A DNA stretch of 64,000 nt from Spirochaetota bacterium (GCA_043803405.1 JAZDKB010000019.1:360218-424217); one strand, 5' to 3'. Shown: positions 30,301-39,911, counted from the first letter of the stretch. Translations and numbers: made by a program. Notes: generated from the letters alone by a model not told the origin.

Positions 30301-32290
30301 AAAGGCGGAAGAAAAAGGGCTTAACGTTTTATTTGCAGTAGAGCCGGAAATACCGGGAAGGCTGATTGGCGATTCGATGCGGCTTGGACAGGTGCTCGTG
30401 AACCTTGTAGGCAATGCGATCAAGTTTACCGAAAGCGGGAGAGTTGTTCTACGTCTGGAAAAAACCGGCGATACAGGGCAGCAGGGGCATACGGACAATG
30501 CGGTTCCGGCCCCATGTGTTTCAATTAAATTTACAGTGAGCGACACAGGAATAGGCATGACGCCTGAGCAGCTAACCAGAATATTTTCGCCTTTTATACA
30601 GGCGGATGAAACGACAACCCGCAAATACGGAGGCACCGGACTGGGGCTTTCAATCAGCAAGCAGCTTGTAGAAAAGATGGGCGGCACAATCAGCGTTGAG
30701 AGTGAGCCGGGTACAGGAAGCATTTTTTCTTTTACGCTTAATTTCGGGCTGGTGAATTATGATCCGAAGGATAAAACAATTCCCGAATTTGATTTGAAAA
30801 CGCTTAAGGTGCTTGTTGTAGACGGAAACGAAAAAGACCGTGAACGGCTTTTGACAATACTGGGCAGGATGTCATGTAAAGCTAAAGGCGCTGCTTCGAA
30901 CGAGGAGGCGCTGGCGGAACTTGAGAAAAAAGGGAGCAGCTACGACCTCGTTCTTATTGATTCCGGCATATCGGATACAGAGGGAATCGATCTGGCTGCT
31001 GCCATAAAAAAACATAAGAAACTGCGCAAAATTCCAAAGATAATTTTAGTCACCGCTTACAGCCGCGAGGATCTTACAAATCAGGCCGAAGAGCTGGAGC
31101 TGGAAGGATATCTCCTGAAGCCGGTAAATGAATCTCTTTTACTGGATGCGATTATGGATATTTTCGGCAGCATTAATCAAGATATGCAGGGAAGGGCATC
31201 TGGCAGTGAGGAAATGGAAGATATGAAAAGCCTGGCCGGGAGAAGGGTGCTTCTTGTTGAGGATAACGAAATAAACCGGCAGGTCGGGGAAGAAATACTG
31301 TCCGGATTCGGACTAACGGTTGAGCTCACTTGCAGCGGCCTGGAGGCAATAGAGCGAGCAGGCAATACCAACCTGCCTCTTGACGCCATATTTATGGATA
31401 TTCAAATGCCGGGTATGGACGGCTTTGAAACAACTAAAATAATCAGGACAAAACTTAAGAATTCCGACCTTCCAATAATTGCGATAACCGCCTATGCAAT
31501 GGAAACAGATAAACAGAAATGTCTGGAAGCAGGAATGAACGATTATATCTCAAAACCTATTGATCCCGATGAGGTGAGAGAAGTAATTTATAAATGGATT
31601 AAACCGGGGAAAGATGCGGAAGGTTTAAATGCTTCCACCGGGTCTCCGCACGGATCGGGTACCGGGATAGATTTACTCCGGCAGTTGCCTGGAGTGGATA
31701 TGGATGCAGCTCTTAAGCGAATGTCCGGAAACCGGAAATTATTGCATAAACTTCTTGTCGAGTTTTACAGAAAATATACGAATGTGACTGAGGAAATCCG
31801 CAGAGCAGTTGATGACGGAGATTTGGAATTTGTGCAGAGCATATCCCACAACATAAAGGGAATGTCCGGAAATCTTTCCATAGTGAAAGTATTTGAAGCT
31901 GCTACCGAACTGGAAAAAGTAATTCAAGAAAAAAATAACGATAACTTAAATTATTCGGTCGACAAACTGGAAACAGCTATTAATGAGGCATCAGCCGCTT
32001 TAAAGGATTTATCCGAAAATTTCGATAAAAAGGATAATGCAGATAATGGATGCAGAGCGCAGAAGACCGAACCGGAAAACATAGCAATTATTATTGAGGA
32101 ATTGTCCGCACTTCTTGGGAAGAACAGCCTTAGCGCAAGAAAAAAATTTGATATTTTAAAAGAGAATCTCGGTTGCATGAAATATGGCGGCATACTCGAA
32201 GAACTGGAAGAAAGCATTGATCACATGGATTTTAAGAGCGCAAAGAACCATCTTTCAGCGCTTGCCTCGGTTTTGACTAAACAGTCGTGA
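27314..32290 (+). CDS. Unorthodox hybrid kinase (truncated PocR-like N-terminus, multi-PAS, HisKA-HATPase, 2 REC, Hpt)
   Basis: FLANVSHEIRTPMN, NLVGNAIKFT, RKYGGTGLGL, DIQMP, Hpt SHNIKGMSGNL. Confidence 0.92.
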   Translation: MYFTLKEILNVSRFREMFDNLTKVIPFSIQITDNENDVLFNSSSDNAIQESHAAEVPIIVRNICYGKIIIRESEQHKSDSAFENSIAFIKNFIEAAGDVRLTFLDELHKKKLLARAQRLAHFGSWEYDYFQNKMTWSKEIYRILGVEIGEVVPSRAVFLKMAHPADLPMLQEAIRKSEGKDGTWELEYRIVRQTDGHVRYLQESWGHIKNINGELVHSYGVIHDITRRKSAVAASVESEEQFRAIYENSSDGIMLGLPDGSIVSANTAACRMFGCTEEELCRGGRKFIVDDSAPGFVNSLEVLRETGELQKESFHKRKDGTIFPTEISIKVLSDRSGSRIYSIVIRDISERRKSEEEVRKLNAELEERVRSRTAELMLANKALYHSQQMFKLVLDTIPERVFWKDRDGRFLGCNKSFARDNILSKPEDIIGKSGRDLFFKDELEFLGRNDIELMELDKSRLNYSEYLKRSDGKSFWLKLSKLPLRDRSGKVIGILGMYQDITNERQTQEELLKSELTLRSIVAACPEGICLMRPDRVLQWMNESMAVITGYTFNEFKNRDTRFLYKSDEEFKNTGDALYKNLSSGNNCETETALIRKDGREIYVHISASAMNPCDLSLGIVLIVMDITEQKQYEEALKSSEERLRCLIESVTDYIYTVMIKDGVPVYTYHGPGCLTVTGYTSEEYESSPHLWYSMIYEEDREAVAKHFAAVISREETSFIEHRIIHKDGSIRWVRNKPVLLRDTVGILVAYDGLVSDITERKEVEEELRRSKEFFRTLIEKSEEVFTLIDANNKHIYVSPSVTKVLGYSVDEYLATYWRNIVNSDDIKNTENVFARFIETPGHLQKFIARFLHRNGSWRWMEVTARNLLYDPNVHALVVNFHDITERIQSEEVLRQAKEAAESAAKAKSIFLANVSHEIRTPMNAIIGLSRIVLKNIRSEKQRDYMNKIILSAHSLMGIINDILDLSKIEADKLKISNVVFSVDKLLKSVSSVTLVKAEEKGLNVLFAVEPEIPGRLIGDSMRLGQVLVNLVGNAIKFTESGRVVLRLEKTGDTGQQGHTDNAVPAPCVSIKFTVSDTGIGMTPEQLTRIFSPFIQADETTTRKYGGTGLGLSISKQLVEKMGGTISVESEPGTGSIFSFTLNFGLVNYDPKDKTIPEFDLKTLKVLVVDGNEKDRERLLTILGRMSCKAKGAASNEEALAELEKKGSSYDLVLIDSGISDTEGIDLAAAIKKHKKLRKIPKIILVTAYSREDLTNQAEELELEGYLLKPVNESLLLDAIMDIFGSINQDMQGRASGSEEMEDMKSLAGRRVLLVEDNEINRQVGEEILSGFGLTVELTCSGLEAIERAGNTNLPLDAIFMDIQMPGMDGFETTKIIRTKLKNSDLPIIAITAYAMETDKQKCLEAGMNDYISKPIDPDEVREVIYKWIKPGKDAEGLNASTGSPHGSGTGIDLLRQLPGVDMDAALKRMSGNRKLLHKLLVEFYRKYTNVTEEIRRAVDDGDLEFVQSISHNIKGMSGNLSIVKVFEAATELEKVIQEKNNDNLNYSVDKLETAINEASAALKDLSENFDKKDNADNGCRAQKTEPENIAIIIEELSALLGKNSLSARKKFDILKENLGCMKYGGILEELEESIDHMDFKSAKNHLSALASVLTKQS

Positions 32291-32303
32291 CAGGGAAATA
32301 TTA

Positions 32304-33230
32304 ATGGAAAACATAAGGCAAATTATTTTAATTGTTGATGATGAACCTGGAAATATAGAGATAATAAGCGAGCTCCTGAACGCGGATTATGAGATTTTAT
32401 TTGCTACGACCGGCAAAGAAGCGCTTGATATCGCTCATGAGCAGGATCCGGATCTGGTTTTGCTGGACATTCAGATGCCGGATATAGACGGATATGAAGT
32501 ATGTGCGCGCCTCAAGTCGAATTCAAAGACCAGGGATATACCGGTTATTTTTATTACCGCAAAAGACCACGAGGAAGACGAGGCCCGCGGACTGGAAGCA
32601 GGAGCGCTTGATTATATAACAAAGCCCATAAGCCCTGCAATTCTAAGGGCAAGAGTGCATAATCATATTGAACTGAAGCGCTATCACGATATTTTAAAAA
32701 ATCTTTCCATGACCGACGGCTTAACCGGGATTGCCAACCGCAGGAGACTGGATCAGCATCTGGAATTTGAGTGGCGCCGCGGGATAAGGAACAAGACACC
32801 GCTATCGTTTATTCTTATGGATATAGATTACTTTAAATTATATAACGACCATTACGGACACCTTATAGGAGATGATTGTCTCAGGCAGCTCGCGCAGGCG
32901 CTTTCAGAAGTAGTTCAGCGGTCGGGGGACCTTGTTGCACGCTATGGCGGCGAAGAATTTGCGTGCGTGCTGTCGGACACCAACAACAGCGGCGCCACGC
33001 TTGTCGGGAACCAGATCATTAAAAAGATCAACAGTCTTAACATAACATTTGAATATTCAGAGGTGGCAGACCGCGTAACGGTAAGCGTGGGTATCGCGAC
33101 TATGATCCCGTCCGATAAGCACAAGCCGATTAATCTTATTCAGCGCGCTGATGAACTTTTATACAAGGCAAAACGCGACGGAAGAAACCAGATCAGAAGC
33201 TCAGGAGAAGAAGAGAAGAAGCAAAATTAA
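32304..33230 (+). CDS. Response-regulator diguanylate cyclase (REC-GGDEF)
   Basis: REC DIQMP; DIDYFKLYNDHYGH; I-site RSGD followed by RYGGEEF. Confidence 0.93.
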   Translation: MENIRQIILIVDDEPGNIEIISELLNADYEILFATTGKEALDIAHEQDPDLVLLDIQMPDIDGYEVCARLKSNSKTRDIPVIFITAKDHEEDEARGLEAGALDYITKPISPAILRARVHNHIELKRYHDILKNLSMTDGLTGIANRRRLDQHLEFEWRRGIRNKTPLSFILMDIDYFKLYNDHYGHLIGDDCLRQLAQALSEVVQRSGDLVARYGGEEFACVLSDTNNSGATLVGNQIIKKINSLNITFEYSEVADRVTVSVGIATMIPSDKHKPINLIQRADELLYKAKRDGRNQIRSSGEEEKKQN

Positions 33231-33281
33231 TTTTAATCCTGCACTGCCGGTTCACTTCCGTACGGGCTTGCCGGTAAAATA

Positions 33282-34343
33282 TTATTTTACGATATTGTTT
33301 GCTACATCATCCCCGACTTCGGTTGTGGACATGCCCATCTTGCCTGCCCCCATGTCTTTCATCTTTAAGATGCTTTTCTTCATCGCTTCTTCGACTTTAT
33401 CCGCGGCTTTTTTCTCCCCGAGAATATCGAGCATCATTTGTACTGCGCCTATGGCAGCCATCGGGTTTATTATATTCTGTCCTGTGTATTTTGGCGCGCT
33501 TCCGCCGATAGGCTCGAACATTGATACGCCTTCGGGATTTATGTTGCCGCCGGATGCTATTCCCATGCCTCCCTGGGTAATTGCTCCGAGGTCGGTTATA
33601 ATATCTCCAAACAGATTTTCGGTAACAATGACATCAAACCACTCAGGATTCTTTACCATCCACATACAGGTTGCATCAACATGGTAGTATTCGCGTTTAA
33701 TGCCGGGATAATGTTTATCTCCCATTTCATGAAATGCCCTTTCCCAAAGGCCCCATACGTAGGTTAATACGTTTGTCTTTCCTGAAAGAGCGAGTGTATT
33801 TTTTTTATTTCTTTTCTTTGTATATTCGAAGGCCCACTTAAGGCAGCGGTCAACCTGAAACCTGTTGTATATCATGGACTGCTCTGCTACTTCGTGAGGT
33901 GTCCCTTCCATTGCAACGCCGCCGATCCCGGTATATGCACCGCCGGTGTTTTCCCGGACTACAACATAATCAATTTCTTTTGGCCCTTTATCCTTTAACG
34001 GACTCTGCACATTTTCATAGAGTTTCACAGGACGCAAATTTATGTACTGGTCAAGTTCAAATCGCAGTTTCAGCAGAATGCCTTTCTCGAGAATCCCGGC
34101 CTTTACATCCGGGTGCCCTATTGCTCCCAGAAGAATCGCATCAAATTTCCTCAGATCGTTTACTGCGGAAGCAGGCAGCACCTCGCCTGTACGCAAATAT
34201 CTGTCGCCCCCGAAATCGTAATCCGTAAGCTCGACTTTAAATTTTTCGTAACCGGCAATTGCCTTTAGCGCTTTAACACCTTCGCGCACAACTTCCGGGC
34301 CTGTCCCGTCCCCGCCTATAACTGCTATCTTATACGTTTTCAT
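33282..34343 (-). CDS. leuB: 3-isopropylmalate dehydrogenase
   Basis: GDGTGPEV, NLRP, RENT, NLFGDIITD, FEPIGGSAP, NPMA; start at ATG 34343 with AAGGA SD. Confidence 0.85.
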   Translation of the reverse strand: MKTYKIAVIGGDGTGPEVVREGVKALKAIAGYEKFKVELTDYDFGGDRYLRTGEVLPASAVNDLRKFDAILLGAIGHPDVKAGILEKGILLKLRFELDQYINLRPVKLYENVQSPLKDKGPKEIDYVVVRENTGGAYTGIGGVAMEGTPHEVAEQSMIYNRFQVDRCLKWAFEYTKKRNKKNTLALSGKTNVLTYVWGLWERAFHEMGDKHYPGIKREYYHVDATCMWMVKNPEWFDVIVTENLFGDIITDLGAITQGGMGIASGGNINPEGVSMFEPIGGSAPKYTGQNIINPMAAIGAVQMMLDILGEKKAADKVEEAMKKSILKMKDMGAGKMGMSTTEVGDDVANNIVK

Positions 34344-34424
34344 GTAATATTCCTTTTGTCTAATAATGTTTTGTACAGAGAAGAATAGGAAATTAGAAAG
34401 GTATTTTAAAAGCAAGTAAAATTA

Positions 34425-35825
34425 TTATTCTATTTTGATTATCTTCAGCATATTTGTGTTCCCTGCGATACCGGCCGGAACGCCTGCAGTTATTATAAAC
34501 GTGTCGTCTTTTTCCGCCATGCCTTTTCCCATAAGCAATTCTTTGGCGCTGTCTATCATTTCGTCAGTGTTGGAGTAAAACTCCGACTTTAAAGGTATAA
34601 TACCGAATACAATGCTGAGCTGCCTGGCGACATCCTCGTTTTGTGTAATACCGATAATCGGGATTTCCGGCCTGAACTTTGCAGCCCGCAGCGCTGTTGA
34701 TCCGGACGATGTGAAACAGAGAATGGCTCTTGCCTTTAATGAATATGCGGCATCTATTGCAGCAAAACTTATTGCTTCGCTTGAGTCCTCTTTGTCTACC
34801 AGCACAGTATCCTTATGTTTTTTATAATCTATGCTTTTTTCCGCGTTATCCACGGTTTCGCACAGATATTTGATTGCTTCAACCGGGTATTTCCCGGCCG
34901 CCGATTCTCCCGTAAGCATAAGCGCATCGACTTTTTCGTAAATCGCGTTTGCTATGTCGCTTACTTCCGCCCTGGTCGGCCTCGGATTATTCATCATGGA
35001 ATCCAGAAGCTGTGTGGCAATGATTACAGGTTTGCCTTTTTTCTGAGCCGCGCTAACAATTATTTTCTGAGCAGTGGGCACTTCTGTGATCGGCATTTCG
35101 ACTCCAAGGTCCCCGCGCGCAACCAGGATAATATCCGATGCTTCTATTATGCCTTCTATATTAGAAAGAGCCTGCGGGTGCTCAATCTTTGCAGTAAGCT
35201 TTATATTTTCCGGCAGAAGTCCTCTTATTGCGTAAATTTCTTTTTCGCTTTTGATCATGGACGCTGCAATGAAATCCACATTCTGTGATATCGCATATTC
35301 AATATCTTTTTTATCCGTCTGGGTCAGGATAGGGAAGGGGACGTCCATGCCGATAAAATGCGTCCCTTTCCTGTCCCTGAGCACTCCGTCTTTTAGCGGA
35401 GTTAATATAAGCGACTTGTCTCTGACTTCGTTAATTATAAGATCAATGTTGCCGTCATCTATCATAATATGATTATTTTTTTTTGATATTTGCGATGTTT
35501 TATTATAGTTAACCGAAAAATTATTATCGGTGACAGCATCCTCGTTAAAGACAAGTTCAATATCATTATTCTGTTTTAAAATAATACCACTTGTGTTTTT
35601 AACAATGGTCCTTATCTCTGCGCCTTTAAGGTCAGCCATTATTGGCATATTGCTTTTAACTAACCTTATTGTTTTTATCAGCTCAGTATACTCGTCATAA
35701 GTCCCGTGCGAAAAGTTAAGCCTGAAAATATCCACGCCTAAATCAATGAACGATTTTATTATTTCTTTGGATGAGGACGAAGGTCCCAGTGTAGCAATGA
35801 TTTTTGTTTTTCTAATCTTTTGCAT
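34425..35825 (-). CDS. pyk: Pyruvate kinase
   Basis: TKIIATLGPSS, RLNFSHG, AKIE, VARGDLGVE, PTRAEVSD, LTGESA. Confidence 0.96.
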   Translation of the reverse strand: MQKIRKTKIIATLGPSSSSKEIIKSFIDLGVDIFRLNFSHGTYDEYTELIKTIRLVKSNMPIMADLKGAEIRTIVKNTSGIILKQNNDIELVFNEDAVTDNNFSVNYNKTSQISKKNNHIMIDDGNIDLIINEVRDKSLILTPLKDGVLRDRKGTHFIGMDVPFPILTQTDKKDIEYAISQNVDFIAASMIKSEKEIYAIRGLLPENIKLTAKIEHPQALSNIEGIIEASDIILVARGDLGVEMPITEVPTAQKIIVSAAQKKGKPVIIATQLLDSMMNNPRPTRAEVSDIANAIYEKVDALMLTGESAAGKYPVEAIKYLCETVDNAEKSIDYKKHKDTVLVDKEDSSEAISFAAIDAAYSLKARAILCFTSSGSTALRAAKFRPEIPIIGITQNEDVARQLSIVFGIIPLKSEFYSNTDEMIDSAKELLMGKGMAEKDDTFIITAGVPAGIAGNTNMLKIIKIE

Positions 35826-36117
35826 TTATATCTCCGCGTTATTTTATTTATTGTCAGATCAACAGATATTCTTTTTAAAGGCTTATTATAAATTGAGAAT
35901 TGATATTCCGGATTTTATAATAAGTCCGCATTTTAATATAGTATAGATATTAAAGCATAAAGTCATTAATAAAAATAAAAATTTTAAGCTGTTGCTGCTT
36001 AAAACAAGGTCTGGGATGAATTTGACAAATGGCTGGCGAATAAAATTTTTATCGGTTTTTAAAGGCAAATGTATCCTTACATGATATTTCTATCAATTTA
36101 AAAATAATTTCGCAAAA

Positions 36118-36441
36118 TTATTTTTCCCTGAAAAACTGAGTACACAGTTCGGATGAGCCGGGAATATAACTGCGGCATACCATCGGGCGCGTTTCGTAAA
36201 TTTCGCAGGAAAAAGATGTGCCGTCCCAACTCAGATAAATACAGCTCATTTGTATTTTTCCGAAGTTGTTAATGATCCGGTCACCAGCCCAGATTATGTC
36301 GTTATCGCGTATCCGGGCGATAATATCCTGGCGTCCTTCTTCTTCCCATCTTTGGAAATCCTCAGCGGAAACATAAGCGACCATGTCAACGTGGCAGCAT
36401 GTGCCGCACCGACGGCAGATTATGTCTTTATTGTTCTTCAC
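36118..36441 (-). CDS. YkgJ/FliB-like cysteine-cluster protein
   Basis: CRRCGTCC...CIYL...CEIYETRPMVCRSY. Confidence 0.82.
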   Translation of the reverse strand: MKNNKDIICRRCGTCCHVDMVAYVSAEDFQRWEEEGRQDIIARIRDNDIIWAGDRIINNFGKIQMSCIYLSWDGTSFSCEIYETRPMVCRSYIPGSSELCTQFFREK

Positions 36442-36735
36442 CTTTCGTTAGATAATATTTGTGAAGCTATTATCTTTATTGTGACAATCTTAAAAGAAGA
36501 GTTTTTAAAAACAAGTTAAATTACCATATTTTTCTTAAATAATTTTTTTAAAAAAAATGGAGAAATTAGGTTGACTTCTGGAGACTCCCGATTTTCGATA
36601 GTACTATCATTGGCTCAAACATTCAAAGAATACGTAAAGCTAAATTTAAAAACTTATAAAATACCTTTAATTCTTTGTAAGCAGTGATTATTTAAAATAA
36701 TTATACTAATATTAATACAAGAGGGGAGTAATATT

Positions 36736-36975
36736 ATGGAAGAGATTAGCAAAATTAATATTAAAGAATTCAAGAAAAACCCGGATGGCTCATGGGTTTC
36801 TATTGATAATATAGATATAAATACCAGATCTAATAAGGTTATAAGAATAGCACCGGGTAACATTTTTAAACAAGGTGTATTGCGCTGGGGGATGGACATT
36901 GCAAAGACACTGGACGAAATAAGTTCAAATCCGGCTCTATTTGAGAGTGCTAACGCAAAAAAACCAAAATCCTAA
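36736..36975 (+). CDS. Hypothetical protein (79 aa)
   Basis: Strong GAGGGGAG SD; natural-looking composition (FKKNPDGSW...). Confidence 0.65.
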   Translation: MEEISKINIKEFKKNPDGSWVSIDNIDINTRSNKVIRIAPGNIFKQGVLRWGMDIAKTLDEISSNPALFESANAKKPKS

Positions 36976-37057
36976 ACACTTTAAATTCCTGAATTCCGGA
37001 AGATGATTGTTTAAATTATTGTCGTCCGGTTATAGTCGCTATTATTTTTATTAAGCC

Positions 37058-37091
37058 GTTTATACACGCTCCTTTTGGAGTGTGTATAAAC
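37058..37091. terminator. Hairpin between convergent genes, candidate bidirectional terminator
   Basis: GTTTATACACGCTCC-TTTT-GGAGTGTGTATAAAC. Confidence 0.6.
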
Positions 37092-37104
37092 TAAACACCT
37101 CATT

Positions 37105-37344
37105 TTATTTTATAAGTGAACTCATATCTCCATTATCAACAGTACATGTGTCGAAATACCCTTCGATTTCTTCAGGTTCCCATTGATAGCACGTGTAGCC
37201 GCAGGCCTTAAAAACGATGGTTTCCAGTTTGCCGTCTTTCATGCAGTATAGAGGCTCATCAGGGTATTGGACAATAAAAGTTTTGCCATTGACTTTGAGT
37301 GTCCGATCCACAATTTCCAATTTATCTGTATTTTTTAATTTCAT
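37105..37344 (-). CDS. Hypothetical protein (79 aa)
   Basis: GGAG SD; ORF with YPDEPL and WEPEEIEGYF segments and several Cys. Confidence 0.65.
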   Translation of the reverse strand: MKLKNTDKLEIVDRTLKVNGKTFIVQYPDEPLYCMKDGKLETIVFKACGYTCYQWEPEEIEGYFDTCTVDNGDMSSLIK

Positions 37345-37688
37345 ATTAAATCTCCGAGAAAACTAACAATATTCTGCAGTTTTTAGTAATTCACTTAACG
37401 TTCAACTTCTTTTTTAAAATATTATTAATTTTTTTCGACTAATTGTGTTATTGGATAATTTGCATGAGCTAATCCAGGCTCATTATTAGTTGAAGGAGTA
37501 ATAATTTTTTTATATCATCATTGAATTAGCACTCCAATCAATCAAGTTACCCTAATAATATCCGTTATAAATAATTCATGTATTGTATGAATTGACATAT
37601 TAAAATAATTTTAATATATTTTTGATTTATAGATTTCACACACATTATTAATAATTTTTTAGTAAATCTGAACTTAAGGAGAATAATA

Positions 37689-38243
37689 ATGAAACTTAAA
37701 ATATTATCTAAACCGGTTCTTGTTATATTAATTAACTTTTTGATCATTTTTAATGCCTGCGGTCAACAACCGGATTCTAAAGCATATCCTGTTGAAATAA
37801 AAATTTATTCAGCAGAAAAAGGAGCATATAAAATGAGTAAAACGGTAATTAAAACAGAAGGAGAATGGAGAAAAATTCTTACGAAAGAACAATTCAGGAT
37901 TCTGCGGCAAAAAGGAACTGAAAAGGCATACGACAATGAATACTGGAATAATCATGAGCGTGGAATATATATATGCGCAGGCTGCAGTCTGGATCTCTTT
38001 AAGTCTGAAGATAAATACGAATCCAATACCGGGTGGCCCAGCTTTACTGCGCCGATAGCAATGGAAAATATCAGGACTCAGTCCGACAACAGTTTGTTCA
38101 TGCAGAGAACCGAGGTAGTATGCGCGAGATGCGGGGGGCATCTTGGACATGTTTTTAATGACGGTCCAAAGCCCACAGGATTGCGTTACTGTATGAATTC
38201 AGGGGCAATGAAATTTGAACCCGTTAAAAACAAACCGGAGTAA
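37689..38243 (+). CDS. msrB: Peptide methionine-(R)-sulfoxide reductase with lipoprotein-like leader
   Basis: GTE, CAGC, GWPSF, CARCGGHLGHVFNDGP, RYCMNS; N-terminal hydrophobic stretch ending FNAC. Confidence 0.95.
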   Translation: MKLKILSKPVLVILINFLIIFNACGQQPDSKAYPVEIKIYSAEKGAYKMSKTVIKTEGEWRKILTKEQFRILRQKGTEKAYDNEYWNNHERGIYICAGCSLDLFKSEDKYESNTGWPSFTAPIAMENIRTQSDNSLFMQRTEVVCARCGGHLGHVFNDGPKPTGLRYCMNSGAMKFEPVKNKPE

Positions 38244-38248
38244 ACTTT

Positions 38249-38866
38249 ATGAATAAAATAATAATATTTATGCTGTGTTTCTTTACTGTATCCGCAGTTG
38301 CTTTGCTTGCCGCAAATAACATCAAACCAGTTAAAACTGAGAAGGCAATTTTAGCAGGAGGATGTTTCTGGTGCATGGAGTCGCCTTTCGATAAGCTTCC
38401 GGGCGTAATTTCCGTTACGGCAGGTTATACGGGCGGCAGCATAAAAGATCCGACATACGAACAGGTATCTGCAGGAGGCACCGGGCATGCGGAATCAGTA
38501 GAGATAATATTTGATCCCGCAAAGATATCTTTTAAAAAAATACTGGATGTTTTCTGGCATAATATTGATCCCAGTGTCAAAGACCGGCAATTTTGCGATA
38601 CCGGGCATCAATACAGGTCTGCAATTTTTTATTCAAACGAAACCCAGCATAAAATAGCGGAAGAATCGCTGGAGGACATGAAAAAAAATAAACCTTTTCC
38701 CGGAGAAGTATTTACTGAAATAGTGCCTGCCGGTGAATTTTATCCTGCTGAAGAATATCACCAGCAATATTACAAAAAAAATCCTATACGTTATAAATTT
38801 TACCGTTCAAATTGCGGCCGCGATAAACGTCTTAAGGAACTTTGGGGTAATAAGGCCGGACACTAA
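38249..38866 (+). CDS. msrA: Peptide methionine-(S)-sulfoxide reductase with signal peptide
   Basis: AGGCFWC, GYTGG, GHAESV, FYPAEEYHQ. Confidence 0.95.
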   Translation: MNKIIIFMLCFFTVSAVALLAANNIKPVKTEKAILAGGCFWCMESPFDKLPGVISVTAGYTGGSIKDPTYEQVSAGGTGHAESVEIIFDPAKISFKKILDVFWHNIDPSVKDRQFCDTGHQYRSAIFYSNETQHKIAEESLEDMKKNKPFPGEVFTEIVPAGEFYPAEEYHQQYYKKNPIRYKFYRSNCGRDKRLKELWGNKAGH

Positions 38867-38912
38867 ATAAATCCAAAAATTAATAGTAAAGAGGTTGGGA
38901 AATACAGTGGAG

Positions 38913-39120
38913 TGCAGCTTCGGCCCCCTAACCCCCGAAGGGGGCATAAAAATTTTTTATTGAATAAATTTTCATTTTCACAATGGATTAGCACATAATC
39001 TATATTTAATATCAAAAGATATTGTTTCCCCTTCCAAGCCGGTGCCCCCTTTGGGGGATAGGGGGTTAAATGCAAAAGCCTTAACTTAATGACATTGGGG
39101 GTTAGGGGGCCGAAGCAGCA
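38913..39120. mobile_element. REP-like palindrome containing most of an IS4-type MITE (right terminal repeat only)
   Basis: 24-bp outer inverted arms; 38923-39057 matches 63866-64000 with 3 substitutions by eye; CTTAACTTAATGACATTG at 39080-39097. Confidence 0.75.
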
Positions 39121-39242
39121 AAGATGAACTTTTTCACTTATCTTAGTTTAACTTTAATCTTTATTAAAAAAATATGGGTAGAAGTCAGCTGGCAGCAAAG
39201 CTGCATGGAATCAGACTTCAAGAGATTAAAAGGAGTAATCTT

Positions 39243-39458
39243 ATGGAAGACTTAAGAAAGAAAATCGAAATCAAAGCCTATGAAAATTTTTTAAAAAGAG
39301 GAATGCTTCATGGAAAAGATGTAGAAGACTGGCTGGAAGCTGAAAAAGAAGTAGCCGGAAACAGCCGGACCATACGGACCATAATGAGTTCGAAAATTTC
39401 AGAGAAAATATTTTCAAAAAATAAAAAGAATAGAAATGGATATAACTTTTCTATATGA
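39243..39458 (+). CDS. DUF2934-family small protein
   Basis: IEIKAYENFLKRG..HGKDVEDWLEAEKE; AAGGAG SD before ATG 39243. Confidence 0.8.
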   Translation: MEDLRKKIEIKAYENFLKRGMLHGKDVEDWLEAEKEVAGNSRTIRTIMSSKISEKIFSKNKKNRNGYNFSI

Positions 39459-39467
39459 TTGCATAAA

Positions 39468-39911
39468 TTATGGTTCACTAAAAGATATCTTTATTTTTTC
39501 CATCCTTTTCCTGTTTACACCCATATCCCCGTATCCGAGCCTGGATGCAGACCGCATATGGATGAGCCCTGCTTTGCCATCAATATAAAATTCAACGTCA
39601 TCAACGAACCGGAAAATTGCAGATGTAAATTCCGCGTATAAATAATCATCCTTTTCGGAAATTATCCTGGTTCTTTTCATCGCCAGAATAACTGATTTTA
39701 ATTTCTGCATTGCTGCACTCTTATCTCCGGCAAAACGAATGGGTTCAATATAATGTTTACTGTCGCCTGCCTGGCTCGAGACGCAATTCGGCGACTCAGG
39801 ACAAGATGACAGCATCCCTCCCATGACTCCGATATTCTGAGGCCTTGTACCGGAGCAGCGGAATAGAACTGAAATGAAGACTATTATAGAAATAATAAAA
39901 TAGCTTTTCAT
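39468..39911 (-). CDS. DUF1499-family putative lipoprotein
   Basis: CPESPNCVSSQ, FVDDVEF, RSASRLGYGDMGVNRKR. Confidence 0.88.
   Translation of the reverse strand: MKSYFIISIIVFISVLFRCSGTRPQNIGVMGGMLSSCPESPNCVSSQAGDSKHYIEPIRFAGDKSAAMQKLKSVILAMKRTRIISEKDDYLYAEFTSAIFRFVDDVEFYIDGKAGLIHMRSASRLGYGDMGVNRKRMEKIKISFSEP

Noticed and set aside
35886..36068. Small AT-rich ORFs (also 36654-36899, 37565-37747, 27259-27501)
   Set aside because: Low-complexity Ile/Leu/Lys/Phe composition or antisense overlap with better-supported genes
37526..37552. CIRCE heat-shock operator
   Set aside because: Only the left half TTAGCACTC is present; no GAGTGCTAA at 9-nt spacing
38863..39075. ORF-track 70-aa ORF (also 20819-21115 and the 54375 extension of DUF72)
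   Set aside because: Translations of palindromic repeat DNA (Pro/Gly-rich), with no credible SD
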